Shown here: one piece after another, positions 20,452 to 30,514 of the stretch
How positions within the stretch are numbered: position 1 is the first letter of the stretch
How the letters are laid out: every line of letters starts with the position of its first letter
Position numbers and translations under genes: made by a program
From: Flavobacteriales bacterium
GTDB taxonomy: Bacteria; Bacteroidota; Bacteroidia; Palsa-965
Assembly: GCA_040377305.1 (NCBI GenBank)
Contig: JBEIPA010000004.1
Location: 32,001 to 96,000, forward strand
Direction: 5' to 3'
Length of the DNA stretch: 64,000 bases
Notes under the pieces: model-generated
The model's database searches: none
Seen by the model: only the letters and a program-made list of their open reading frames with translations
Told to the model about the DNA's origin: nothing

Positions 20452-21324
20452 ATGAAAGCTCACATCAAACGGATCTGCCTAGCCACTATGCTGGTTGCAT
20501 CTACCACTCTTCTCATCGCAGGCAAACCAAAACCAGACAAAGACCTGTACGAAGGAATCACTAAAGGAAAAATCGAAGCTGTGAAAGCTGCAATTGACGC
20601 AGGTGCCGACGTCAACAAAAAGTATCAAATGAAATGGCCTTTGCTGTGGGCGCTCGAAACGTCGCACGATACAGCCATCATCAAATTACTGATTGCAAAA
20701 GGAGCTGATGTAAATGCGAGCGACATCAACGGAAGTGTGCTTTCACAATACGGTGGTCGTGTCGAGACTCCGCAGAACAAAGCGCAGTGGACGATGGACT
20801 TCTACAAAAAGTACAAAGTAGATACCGTTGTTGATCCCAATATCTACTCATCCATCACTGCGGTTGTTCATGTGTTGTTGTCTGCCGGTGCAAATCCGAA
20901 TTACGATCTCGGATACACACTTGGCAATCCCATGCAGAACTGTATTTCGTTCGGAATCGGATCGGAAGAAGCGCGGGCAGAATTTGTGAAAGCACTCTGC
21001 ACGCACCCAACCAATCATGCCGACATCAACGAACGCATGAAAACGGCAGAGTCTGTTTCCGCTAATTCGGAAGGTTTCAAAATGGTGGACAAAGAGAAAC
21101 ATCCAACCGCGTTGATGTACTCTATACAGAAAGGCTATACGAAGATCGCACTTGCGCTGATCGAGGCTGGTGCCGATGTGAACATTACAATGAACACATA
21201 TCACACCAGTGCGGACATGTGGGCTACATACAACAACAAGAGCACAATCACCGCGCTCGACATTGCGCGTATGAAGAAGAACACGGAAGTTGAACAGAAA
21301 CTCATTGAAAAAGGAGCGAAATAA
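20452..21324 (+). CDS. Exported ankyrin-repeat protein
   Basis: Signal peptide and repeated GADVN motifs. Confidence 0.85.
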   Translation: MKAHIKRICLATMLVASTTLLIAGKPKPDKDLYEGITKGKIEAVKAAIDAGADVNKKYQMKWPLLWALETSHDTAIIKLLIAKGADVNASDINGSVLSQYGGRVETPQNKAQWTMDFYKKYKVDTVVDPNIYSSITAVVHVLLSAGANPNYDLGYTLGNPMQNCISFGIGSEEARAEFVKALCTHPTNHADINERMKTAESVSANSEGFKMVDKEKHPTALMYSIQKGYTKIALALIEAGADVNITMNTYHTSADMWATYNNKSTITALDIARMKKNTEVEQKLIEKGAK

Positions 21325-21426
21325 TATGGTACAAGTTAATAAGTAGCTAAGTAGGCGAGTACAGTTCCACATTTGACTCGCCTACTTAGAAGCTTGCCTA
21401 CTTTCTAACTTAAAAACTTCATCGTC

Positions 21427-22155
21427 ATGAACACGAATCTGAAAATTACTACCAAAGTAGTAGCGCTCTTCTTTCTTCTGTTTTTCGCAAACAATGTGAA
21501 CGCCCAGTTGCAGAACTATGAATTCGGATTCGGCTTTCACGGCAAAAAGAATGTTGGCGACACTGCAGGCTGGCACATGCAACAGAAAATTTACAGCGCC
21601 GCGGTGCGCGGACACTGCTCACTACTCGACTTCCTCATCAATCGTGATGGAGACAATCGCTTCCGCATCGGTGATTATTTGGGCGGTGGATTTGGCACAG
21701 GTTTCGCTAAAGAATACATCAATCCCAATGGAGAAATCGGTGGAGCAGAGACGCGTACGCTGAAATCAATGTGGATAACGATTGATCTGCAGTTTGGCTT
21801 GCAGTCGAGCTATGCATTCAACGACAATCTTCGTGTTGGTGTAAACGCATTCAAAGAACTGCAGCTGGGATTTGTGATTGGAACGGATTATGCCGAGAAC
21901 GTTTATGCGTTCAATTTCATCGGTGGCAATGTCACGTACTCCAATTTTTATCTGGAATACAATCACGGGTTGCCCTGGGATCTCGACAAAACCAAAGACT
22001 TCGAGGATCACATATCGCGCTTTCAGTTCAGGTTTTTCCTCGACAAAGAGGAAGGCAAGAATATTGGCATCCGTTTTGAAAGTGGCAATAGGGACTGGTC
22101 GGGAAGAACAGATCGGCTGACGAGCTTTGAGCTTTGTTTCGGTAGAATGTTTTGA
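21427..22155 (+). CDS. Probable outer-membrane beta-barrel protein
   Basis: Signal peptide, amphipathic strands and a terminal Phe. Confidence 0.6.
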   Translation: MNTNLKITTKVVALFFLLFFANNVNAQLQNYEFGFGFHGKKNVGDTAGWHMQQKIYSAAVRGHCSLLDFLINRDGDNRFRIGDYLGGGFGTGFAKEYINPNGEIGGAETRTLKSMWITIDLQFGLQSSYAFNDNLRVGVNAFKELQLGFVIGTDYAENVYAFNFIGGNVTYSNFYLEYNHGLPWDLDKTKDFEDHISRFQFRFFLDKEEGKNIGIRFESGNRDWSGRTDRLTSFELCFGRMF

Positions 22156-22246
22156 CCCTTTCCAACCACGAGAGTTCGCTGCGGAAAGATGTTACACCGT
22201 ATGCGAACTCTTTTTTTATTCGATGATTAGGTCCTTGGATACGCGC

Positions 22247-22918
22247 TCAACGAATCAACGTCACATTATTCATCAAAGTCCGTTGCTTATCGCCTTCGAA
22301 AGCCTTCCAGGTAATCTTCCACACATAAACACCTGCTTCCTGTTGTTGGCCTTTGGAAGTTCCATCCCAACCGGTCGCCAAATCTTTGGTTTCAAAAATC
22401 AAATTTCCCCATCGATCGAAAATCTGCATGGCGAAATTTACTGGCATACATCCGAATACAGGTCTGAAGTCTTCATACAATCCATCGCCGTTCGGAGTGA
22501 TTACATTCGGCACATACATCACAGGTCGGCACTGCAGAGTGTCCAGTGCAGTAATCGTCACCGCACGCGAACTCAAACAAGTAACATATCCCATGCAATA
22601 AACCGATGTTGAATCGCTACTCCACGTACAATTCAACGTCCACATGAAAGTACCCGCGGTGCAATTTCCTTTTCTGTTGTTGAGCAACCCGTTCCATCCT
22701 TGCTCTGGGATGTCGGTGTAAAACATGGTTTCTCCCCACTTGTTGTGAATGATGAATTCGTATTTGTCGGGAGACTCAACCCGAAACGTTGGTTTGAAGC
22801 GCGTAGAGTCGGTCATCTGTTTCCAATCGAACTTTTCAGGAATGAAAATTCCGCTGTCACATTGCGCATCCAGCACGAATGAAAAGAAAACCAATAACAG
22901 CGAACAGAGAAATTTCAC
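22247..22918 (-). CDS. Protein with two gliding-motility-associated (T9SS type B) C-terminal domains
   Basis: PNVITPNGDG...IFDRWG...GWDG...GVYVW...VTLIR, with a degenerate N-terminal copy. Confidence 0.85.
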   Translation of the reverse strand: MKFLCSLLLVFFSFVLDAQCDSGIFIPEKFDWKQMTDSTRFKPTFRVESPDKYEFIIHNKWGETMFYTDIPEQGWNGLLNNRKGNCTAGTFMWTLNCTWSSDSTSVYCMGYVTCLSSRAVTITALDTLQCRPVMYVPNVITPNGDGLYEDFRPVFGCMPVNFAMQIFDRWGNLIFETKDLATGWDGTSKGQQQEAGVYVWKITWKAFEGDKQRTLMNNVTLIR

Positions 22919-22948
22919 TTTGGAAAATTACGACAATTCAAGCGATGC

Positions 22949-24664
22949 CTATTTTCGGATCACAACGCGAATCAGTTGTACATTCTGGTCTGCATTCGTA
23001 AGTCGCAACATGTAGACGCCTTCGGCAAGCGATGAATTGCCAAATGAATTGTTCCCCGGCAACACATTCTTCGCTTCCACTACTTGTCCGAGTCCGTTCA
23101 TCAGCTCAGCAGTACACGACTGCGAAACGTACAATTGAAAATTTCCTTCAGATGGATTCGGATACAGCTGAACAGAGAATGCAGATACACCGCCTGTGCT
23201 CATACATGCATCAACCGCAACAGAGTCTGTCGCGAATGATGTACAACCTGCACTATCCGTATACGTGTACGTAATTCCGTGCGTGCCGATTCCAGCTGTT
23301 GCCGGATCAAAATTTCCTGCATTCACTCCAGGTCCGGAATAGCTTCCGCCAGCTGGAGATCCTGTTGTGAGTGCATAAGCCTGATCAGCCAAACACACTA
23401 CGGGAAGTCCGAATGAGAAAGTCACCACAGGAATTGTATTGAACGTAACGTTAATCGCATCAGATGCTGTACATCCATTTGCGTCAGTCACCACAACTGA
23501 ATATGTTCCGGTGATGAATGTGATCAGCGTTTGTTGCGTTGTGCTGTTGCTCCATAAGTAACTCATTCCCGGATTTCCGGCGTTGAGTGGTAAGTTGTCT
23601 CCGCAAATGCTGGTGTCGTTGCCGAGATTAACTGTTGGTGGTGTATTAAACGTTACTGTAATCGTATCGCCAGCCGTGCAACCTGTGAGCGTGTTTGTAA
23701 CACTAACGTTGTATGTTCCGGAAGAAGCTGTGTTCAATGTTTGCGCGGTGCTGTTGTCGCTCCACAAGTAAACGCTGTTTGGTTGCACACCTGCGTCAAT
23801 TTGAAACGAGCCGCCACATATCATCGTGTCTGCACCCAAAGTCACAACCGGATTTGCATTCACCGTTACAACAACCGTGTCAACATCCGAACAGCTTACG
23901 CCATCGCCTGCTGTTAAAACATACGTGGTCGTAATTGTTGGCGACGCTGTTGTGCTTGCGCTGTTCGGATTTCCCAAACCAACTGTCGGTGTCCAGCTGT
24001 AAACTGTTGCGCCACCTGTTGCAGTTCCATTGAGCGTTACCTGATCTCCTTCACACATGATCTGATCTCCACCCGCATTTGCAGCAATGAAACACGATGG
24101 TACACTGTTGCAGCAATTGCCTCCGGCACTCAATAGATATGGCGCAACACTCCAGCAACCGTATTGTGTGAAGTAGCTCACCAATGTACCGCCGGTTGTA
24201 GTCTGGAAGTACGCTTTAATCTGATCTGCGGTATTACAACCGCCCTGGTTTGACGTCGTGCTGCATGTATACGCACATACAATAGAGTTATTACCATTAG
24301 GATTGCTCAACGTACTCGGCGGAAGAAAATTCACCGAAGTAATTCCGGCTGGAACTCCTGTGATGGTAGTTGTCGTTGGGGAGTTAAAGCAATGATTATT
24401 GTTCGTGCTTACGTATCCTGCATAGCGCACTTCTGTTACGTTGCCCACATAAGTTCCACTTAGATTAATCGTCACCGGTTCATAGGTACACACACCGATT
24501 TTGATATTCGGAATGTTCACATCGCAGTTGATGTTGAGTACGCCGCCATCGTAGTTTGCATACACGAATAAATTTCCGGCAGGATTGCAGGTGATTTGTG
24601 CCTGAACATGAGTTGCGGTGAATGCAAGAAATGCAGCTGCGAGAAGTGAGTAGAGTTTGTTCAT
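22949..24664 (-). CDS. Secreted Ig-like repeat protein with T9SS type A CTD
   Basis: Signal peptide, LGxDTxIC repeats and C-terminal LYPNPS. Confidence 0.85.
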   Translation of the reverse strand: MNKLYSLLAAAFLAFTATHVQAQITCNPAGNLFVYANYDGGVLNINCDVNIPNIKIGVCTYEPVTINLSGTYVGNVTEVRYAGYVSTNNNHCFNSPTTTTITGVPAGITSVNFLPPSTLSNPNGNNSIVCAYTCSTTSNQGGCNTADQIKAYFQTTTGGTLVSYFTQYGCWSVAPYLLSAGGNCCNSVPSCFIAANAGGDQIMCEGDQVTLNGTATGGATVYSWTPTVGLGNPNSASTTASPTITTTYVLTAGDGVSCSDVDTVVVTVNANPVVTLGADTMICGGSFQIDAGVQPNSVYLWSDNSTAQTLNTASSGTYNVSVTNTLTGCTAGDTITVTFNTPPTVNLGNDTSICGDNLPLNAGNPGMSYLWSNSTTQQTLITFITGTYSVVVTDANGCTASDAINVTFNTIPVVTFSFGLPVVCLADQAYALTTGSPAGGSYSGPGVNAGNFDPATAGIGTHGITYTYTDSAGCTSFATDSVAVDACMSTGGVSAFSVQLYPNPSEGNFQLYVSQSCTAELMNGLGQVVEAKNVLPGNNSFGNSSLAEGVYMLRLTNADQNVQLIRVVIRK

Positions 24665-24723
24665 GGGTTGAGTGTGTTAGTGCCAGAGGGAAGTTACGAA
24701 ATTAGCCCCCGAGTCGAAAACGC

Positions 24724-24752
24724 AAAAAGCCCGATCTCTCGACCGGGCTTTC
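24724..24752 (-). terminator. Terminator of the original tRNA-Asn locus
   Basis: On the minus strand, an AAAGCCCGG/TCGGGCTTT stem plus T run lies immediately 3' of the tRNA fragment. Confidence 0.7.
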
Positions 24753-24753
24753 T

Positions 24754-24797
24754 TGCTCCCCCTTCTGGACTTGAACCAGAGACCCCATGATTAACAG
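24754..24797 (-). repeat. att site: 3' half of tRNA-Asn(GUU)
   Basis: Minus strand reads CTGTTAATCATGGGGTCTCTGGTTCAAGTCCAGAAGGGGGAGCA: anticodon loop, T arm and 3' acceptor strand. The D arm and 5' half are absent. Confidence 0.88.
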
Positions 24798-24912
24798 ACG
24801 TGGGGTAATAGGGCCAATGGGGCAAAAAAACGCAGAAATCGCCTTCTGTAGCCTGCAATAAGGTGCATTAGGCTGCATTACCGCGCTGAATGTCCGCGCT
24901 GATCCGCACTGT

Positions 24913-25053
24913 CTATTTCTTCTTCTTTTTTCCCTTCGCTTGGGACAGCGCCGACCCTGCAATCTTCTTGTCCGTCTTCGAACTGTTTGGGTTCAATAGC
25001 ACTTTCGATGCCAGCTTGGCAACCTTAGTCGAGGTTTGTTTCTTATTAGCCAT
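24913..25053 (-). CDS. 46-aa highly basic small protein
   Basis: My translation: MANKKQTSTKVAKLASKVLLNPNSSKTDKKIAGSALSQAKGKKKKK. It is below the ORF-track length cutoff. Confidence 0.7.
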   Translation of the reverse strand: MANKKQTSTKVAKLASKVLLNPNSSKTDKKIAGSALSQAKGKKKKK

Positions 25054-25270
25054 ATCAATGGGGGTTTTAATGTTTACGCAAATTTATTCTACAACAGTCT
25101 TCGATCTGCCTCTGTTCATAACTGTTTTCTGAATCTCCCGACTCTACCGTGATGAAAGCTGTCACGGTCGCGCATATCTGTATGCGACGTGCCTTCCATT
25201 CACCAATGCATGCTGTCACGCGTACGCATACATAAGGTGGAGACTACTATCAACCTAATCCTATTCTCCA

Positions 25271-25795
25271 ATGAACTTCAACGATAATCGGTTCTGCGAT
25301 CATCAGTCGATCTACAAGAAACTGATGCAACTCATTCCCGGTTTGGAGCAGCACATCGCTCCAGCCGAGGGCGTGATACGATCCCGCGTCGAAGGACGTC
25401 AGGATTTGATGTACAGCTACGTGCAGAAGGATTCGGACGGCCATCACTGCATCTCCTTAGCGCAGGAGATCAACTGCGAAGGCAGTCCTGCGCCTGATCC
25501 TGAAATGCTCATACGCGTCATACCAGAACAACAATTTGCCGAAGCGCTCACGTTCCTGAATCGCTTCGTGTATCACCGCGTCTATGACGAGTATGAAGAT
25601 GAGCCGTTCGTGCACATCAAGCATAAATATGACTTGAACGAGTATTTGTCTAACTGGCTTTCTACGCTCATCATACACGGCCATAACATCGAGCTTGGCG
25701 CGCAGCGAATCAATGAGCATCGCGGCCAGCGTGCAACGAATCGTAATCGCACCATTGATCGCGGCTCTAGTTCGGAATGCGATATCGAACGTTAA
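25271..25795 (+). CDS. DUF1249/DUF6908-like protein
   Basis: ISLAQ...PDPEM.IRV...AEALTF...LNEYLSNWL....HGH pattern; paralogue at 63431. Confidence 0.65.
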   Translation: MNFNDNRFCDHQSIYKKLMQLIPGLEQHIAPAEGVIRSRVEGRQDLMYSYVQKDSDGHHCISLAQEINCEGSPAPDPEMLIRVIPEQQFAEALTFLNRFVYHRVYDEYEDEPFVHIKHKYDLNEYLSNWLSTLIIHGHNIELGAQRINEHRGQRATNRNRTIDRGSSSECDIER

Positions 25796-25833
25796 GTCAA
25801 AAACAAAAAGTGTCACGCCTCGGCATATAAGCA

Positions 25834-26559
25834 TTGAACACCACTAACACTGCGAGCATGAACAAGAAAAAAAATACTCCGAAGAACTTGAGCGACGCAA
25901 CACGCAAAACAAATCATCGCTCTCTTCCCGAATCAAAACTTGAACGCCGCCAGTTCGCGCTCCCGATGGAAGAGCAGGAGAAGATTCTGCAGGAGCACCG
26001 CGACAAAGGACTTGCATACGGCCGCGCAAGTTACACCGGCACCATACAAGACAATACACGGAATCGAAATAATCAAAAACAAAATGATATGGAACAGGAT
26101 GGAAAAACATTACCCGACACGAAATTGAAATTCATCAGCTTCGGCTTGCCGTGGCATGACGGCTCCACGATCGAATACGTTGTCACTGATCTGCCCGGAG
26201 GTCGCCAAGCAGTAGTCGGGCGCATTGATGTACGCATCGACGAAACAACGAAAGAGCGCAGCTTCCAGGCATTCGGCTCAGAAGGACAAGAACTCTTCGT
26301 ACGCAGGCGCAGCCTGTATTGGCTCAAGCGGGAATTTACACGCAATGAGAACGAACTCTATGCGCAAGCGATCATCGATGCTAACAAGCCGCGCGAAGGC
26401 GGCACGGCAGAACAAGTGATCGCCGCGCTCAAGGAAAAGACGAACGCTCGTATCGAATCCGTTGCAAGTCCGTACTCCAAGGAAACGCATCGCGCAAAAA
26501 CAATCAAACGCCTTGCTAAATCGCGCGAAAACGGAAAGTCAAAATCACGCGGGCGTTAG
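25834..26559 (+). CDS. Hypothetical element backbone protein (start uncertain)
   Basis: Long ORF in the backbone cluster with a basic C-terminus. Confidence 0.55.
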   Translation: MNTTNTASMNKKKNTPKNLSDATRKTNHRSLPESKLERRQFALPMEEQEKILQEHRDKGLAYGRASYTGTIQDNTRNRNNQKQNDMEQDGKTLPDTKLKFISFGLPWHDGSTIEYVVTDLPGGRQAVVGRIDVRIDETTKERSFQAFGSEGQELFVRRRSLYWLKREFTRNENELYAQAIIDANKPREGGTAEQVIAALKEKTNARIESVASPYSKETHRAKTIKRLAKSRENGKSKSRGR

Positions 26560-26609
26560 ATCGCTGACACATTTTATCCATCACGGCATACGCCGATAAC
26601 ACACAACCC

Positions 26610-27677
26610 ATGAAAAACCCTACTCTCTCATTACAGAGTCCCAAGCTCGAACAACGCACGCGCGAACGACGCGAGCAGATCAACGCGCAAGCGATCAAAG
26701 ACGCACGTATGCATGCCGAGATCAGCAGGCCGCTACCGCGCGACAAATCTTCCAAGCCCTACACGGGCACCTACACGGCACAATGGCTCGACGTGCGCAC
26801 GGAAGGTCTTCAGGACATCCAGCCCGAAGCGCATACGGCAAAGATCCGCCATGCGCTTGCTGCCGCGCAAGCGGAACGCGCGGAAATCAAACACCGAATC
26901 ACCGGTCTTGAACACGCGAATCGTCTGGCGAAATATGAGCAAGACGGCAATCCAGCAAGCGGATTCCGCGGTCTCAACCGCACGGGCCTACTCTTCGGTA
27001 TCGTATGTTATCTCGCCGAGGTTGCTTTCTACTCCTGGAGCTTCCAATTCATAGGCGACAGCTTGCTCTTCTCTTTGCTGATAGCAATCGGCATCTGTAT
27101 GGGCGGCGTCATGCTCGCACGCGGCATTCTTGACGCGCTTGCTAAACGCGAAACCCTCGGGCGCAAAGCATACATCATCGCCGGCATCATCTCGGCAGTA
27201 GCCCTCGCATCCTTCGCAGGACTAGCAATGCTTCGTGCGCAATCCATGTCGAGTGAAGAAGTGACGATGAGCGGCTGGTTCTTCTTCTCGATAAGCGTCT
27301 TCTTTTTTGTCGCAACGATTATCATCTGCCATCGCTATTTCCCCAAAGGCAACGACGCTGCTACCGATGCTGCACGCACGCTTGCCGATGGAATCAAATC
27401 AGGCCAGCGCGACATCGAACGGCTCAACGAGCGACTAAAAGCAGTGAATGATTCGCTTGCGTCTCACATGGAGCAGTACACGCACATCACCAGCATGGCC
27501 AATCATTTCACCGAGCGCATTAATTCGCTGCATCGCGAAACGATCGAACTGTATCATAATGCCAACATCACGGCCCGCAAGGATAACGCGACACCCGAGT
27601 GCTTCCTCGAACCAATCGCTGACTTACCACCAGCTCCAACCATTCCTACAATCGAACTTAACCTCTCCGACAAATGA
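26610..27677 (+). CDS. Membrane protein with 4 TM segments flanked by coiled coils
   Basis: Hydrophobic segments at about aa 125-240, with heptad-like helices on both sides. Confidence 0.75.
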   Translation: MKNPTLSLQSPKLEQRTRERREQINAQAIKDARMHAEISRPLPRDKSSKPYTGTYTAQWLDVRTEGLQDIQPEAHTAKIRHALAAAQAERAEIKHRITGLEHANRLAKYEQDGNPASGFRGLNRTGLLFGIVCYLAEVAFYSWSFQFIGDSLLFSLLIAIGICMGGVMLARGILDALAKRETLGRKAYIIAGIISAVALASFAGLAMLRAQSMSSEEVTMSGWFFFSISVFFFVATIIICHRYFPKGNDAATDAARTLADGIKSGQRDIERLNERLKAVNDSLASHMEQYTHITSMANHFTERINSLHRETIELYHNANITARKDNATPECFLEPIADLPPAPTIPTIELNLSDK

Positions 27678-28396
27678 AAGCAATCATCACCTCAGCAGTC
27701 ATCACGTGTGCATTCATCACACTAACTCTTTGCCTCCGTCCTGACAATCCCGACACGTTCGGCATCATCCTCATCGATCAGACAGAACCGCACAAGGCTT
27801 TGCCGACTGCCGGCGAAGTGCTGCCGCTGTTTAGTCTGGACTCTTATAAGTGGGGAAGCGCTCGCATCGGTTTCAGAGCAATCACCGATGTCAGTCTCAA
27901 TCGCACGACCGAATTCTACTTACCCAAAGGCGGCCCGATTCTCCTTGCAAACAGCTTTGAACGTGATCGGCAAGTCGCCGCCTACAACGAAGACGTAGCT
28001 GCACATCTTGATTCGCTTGCCCACGATACGATAGGCCGGCCACATTCAAGCGTCTTTCTGTCCTTGGCGCACGCCCTCAATACCATGGCCGCGAGCAATG
28101 CCAATCATAGGTTCATCGTCGTCTACAGTGATCTGTTTGAAAACCGGAGCACACTCTCATTCTACGATCCGCATACGCTTGCATTATTACAGTCGGATCC
28201 TGAGAAGATCGAAGCTCGCCTACTCGCAGATGCGCCGCTCGCCGAGGACCTCACCGGCATCACCATCTATTTCGTGTACGAACCTAAAGACGAACAGGCG
28301 GACACGAACTTCCGTCTCATATCGAACTTCTACTCCGTGATGTTCACGTCACGCGGCGCTCGCGTGATAATCGGCGCGAATCTGATAGTGCAATAG
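27674..28396 (+). CDS. Membrane-anchored vWA-like protein
   Basis: N-terminal anchor, IILIDQT strand and VVYSDLFEN motif. Confidence 0.6.
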   Translation: MKAIITSAVITCAFITLTLCLRPDNPDTFGIILIDQTEPHKALPTAGEVLPLFSLDSYKWGSARIGFRAITDVSLNRTTEFYLPKGGPILLANSFERDRQVAAYNEDVAAHLDSLAHDTIGRPHSSVFLSLAHALNTMAASNANHRFIVVYSDLFENRSTLSFYDPHTLALLQSDPEKIEARLLADAPLAEDLTGITIYFVYEPKDEQADTNFRLISNFYSVMFTSRGARVIIGANLIVQ

Positions 28397-28431
28397 CGAA
28401 GCGTCAAGCGTATCTCCCAACACTTCTAACA

Positions 28432-28590
28432 ATGGCAGGCAACGAGAAAAACATGCTCGGCGAATTCCTCGGCACCATCGCCAAGTTCATCGGCAAGATG
28501 CTGCTCTGGATATTGTGGACAATCTTCCGCATCCTCGAGCTCATCAGTCAGGGAATCGCGACATGGATTAAAAACCATCTAATGAAATAA
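28432..28590 (+). CDS. 52-aa amphipathic membrane peptide
   Basis: My translation: MAGNEKNMLGEFLGTIAKFIGKMLLWILWTIFRILELISQGIATWIKNHLMK. It ends 3 nt before the coupling-protein gene. Confidence 0.6.
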   Translation: MAGNEKNMLGEFLGTIAKFIGKMLLWILWTIFRILELISQGIATWIKNHLMK

Positions 28591-28593
28591 CAC

Positions 28594-30036
28594 ATGGCAG
28601 ACATGCTCACCACGCTCGCCGACATCGGCGAAGATGCAGTCAGAATGCTTGTCGGCATATTCGAAGGCATTGCCGCAAGCGGCAAGCACAAGCCCGGATT
28701 CAACGCCCGCTTTATCAGCGAGCGCGAAATACTCTCGACGAAGCACACCGGATTTTGCGTAACGGGTCGGCGTAATCTCAGCAACAAGCAATCCTATTCC
28801 GGGCTGTACGTACAATCGCCCACGGGAGGCGGCAAGACCACAACCGTCATTTTGCCCTCGTTGTATTCCATGACGGGTAGTTTTATCGTCCACGATCCAG
28901 CGGGGGAGATAGAAAAAATGTCGGCGGGATTCCTCAAAGAAAAAGGTTACGAAATCAAGGTGCTCAACTTCTCACGACCCGATATTTCATGCGGCTTCAA
29001 TCCGCTCACACGCGCGAATACCTCCACGGAAATCCAGAAGACAGCGAACATGCTCGTCACTGCCTCGCTCGGAGAGAATGCAAAAGATCCTTTCTGGAAT
29101 GTTTCAGCAACGTCGCTCTTGTCAAATCTTATTTCAGTCATCAAGACTCAACCTGCCGAAATGCAAACTCCATATGCGCTGCTGCAACTACTCAACTTGT
29201 TGAGCACTGCACCGAAAACAGTCTTGCATTTCTTCAAGACGCATGCGAACGATGCCGTCTGGTCGGACTTCTCCGCATTCATGCACCAGGAAGAAAAAGT
29301 GCGTTCAAGCGTAATCGCGACCTGTCGCGCTGCGCTCCAGATCTTCTCCGATCCCGAAGGTGTCGGAAAGATAACGGCATTCGACAATCTGCACATGGAA
29401 GACTTCCGCAACAAGAAGTGTGTGCTCTACATTCAGAATGCGATTAGTGATCAGCGATTCTTTGCAGTGCTCACCTCCATCTTCTTCGAGCAGTTCTTCT
29501 CGTTCATTCTCTCGCGCATGCCCGAGCAAACGGAACAGGATATTTATTTTCTCATTGACGAAGCATCATCCTTAAAACTACCCACGCTGCCGCTTGCGAT
29601 GGCAAACATCCGCAAGCACCGCGCCGGCTGCGCGATCATCGTGCAGGACTTCAATCAACTGTTACGTAATTACGGGAAGCAGGACGCAGAAGCGATACGC
29701 TCGAACTGCTACGCAAAATTGTACTTCGGCGGCAGCGGCCAGGAGACGACCCAGTCGCTCGAAAGCATCCTCGGCAAAACGGAAGTGACTGATGCGGACG
29801 GCAAGAAGAAAGTACTGCCGCTGATGACTGCGGACGCGATACGTACGATGCAATCGGACCAAGCGATTTTGCTGTGCGGAAATCTCAAGCCGATGCTCGT
29901 TAAGCTCAATCCGTTCTACAACAATTCGACCTATCGCCGTAATGCTGCAATGGTTGCGCCGACTCATCTAAATCAAATTCCATTCAACGAAATTCCAACC
30001 TTATCACTAGACACTGATGAAGATGACGAAGAATAA
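28594..30036 (+). CDS. Type IV coupling protein (VirD4/TraG family)
   Basis: Walker A SPTGGGKT, HDPAGE, FNPL, DPFW, Walker B FLIDEA and QDFNQL..YG. Confidence 0.92.
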   Translation: MADMLTTLADIGEDAVRMLVGIFEGIAASGKHKPGFNARFISEREILSTKHTGFCVTGRRNLSNKQSYSGLYVQSPTGGGKTTTVILPSLYSMTGSFIVHDPAGEIEKMSAGFLKEKGYEIKVLNFSRPDISCGFNPLTRANTSTEIQKTANMLVTASLGENAKDPFWNVSATSLLSNLISVIKTQPAEMQTPYALLQLLNLLSTAPKTVLHFFKTHANDAVWSDFSAFMHQEEKVRSSVIATCRAALQIFSDPEGVGKITAFDNLHMEDFRNKKCVLYIQNAISDQRFFAVLTSIFFEQFFSFILSRMPEQTEQDIYFLIDEASSLKLPTLPLAMANIRKHRAGCAIIVQDFNQLLRNYGKQDAEAIRSNCYAKLYFGGSGQETTQSLESILGKTEVTDADGKKKVLPLMTADAIRTMQSDQAILLCGNLKPMLVKLNPFYNNSTYRRNAAMVAPTHLNQIPFNEIPTLSLDTDEDDEE

Positions 30037-30514
30037 AAAGAACAGCAGCCTGTGGGCATATCTCGAAGCCATGGGCGTGCTCGAGCACGGAACAGATGCG
30101 GAGATCAAAGCGGCGAAGCGTGCGTATTGGAAAAGCTATTACGCCAAATACCGTCGCGTTCAACGTGAAGACAAGCCAGAATTCAGTGTGCCGCTCTCAA
30201 AGAAGAACGGAGATTATGGAAAGATGGCGCTTGGTGCGAAGCAGCATCGCATGACGATTACGACGTTCATAAGGAAGGCAGCGCTGTGCTATATGGATCG
30301 CTCGTATCTGTTGCCGAATCACAATCAAGTTGTGCGCATGGAACAGGCGCTAATGAATTGCCTGAACGAAGTGCAGTCTATTACCCGAACGAAAGAGAAG
30401 TATCATTGGGAGAGGGAACAGAAGTATGATGCTATCGCCGAACGCATCACGATACTCGAAAATGAAATCCGGCAAGCGCTGTGTTTCCCGCCGGAAAAAT
30501 CCAATGATCGTTAA
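30017..30514 (+). CDS. MobC-like relaxosome accessory protein (putative)
   Basis: Lies between the coupling protein and the relaxase; RHH-like segment AKQHRMTITTFIRKAAL. Confidence 0.55.
   Translation: MKMTKNKKNSSLWAYLEAMGVLEHGTDAEIKAAKRAYWKSYYAKYRRVQREDKPEFSVPLSKKNGDYGKMALGAKQHRMTITTFIRKAALCYMDRSYLLPNHNQVVRMEQALMNCLNEVQSITRTKEKYHWEREQKYDAIAERITILENEIRQALCFPPEKSNDR

Noticed and set aside
24754-24830. Intact tRNA-Asn
   Set aside because: The 5' anticodon stem, D arm and 5' acceptor strand are missing, so it is an att remnant only.
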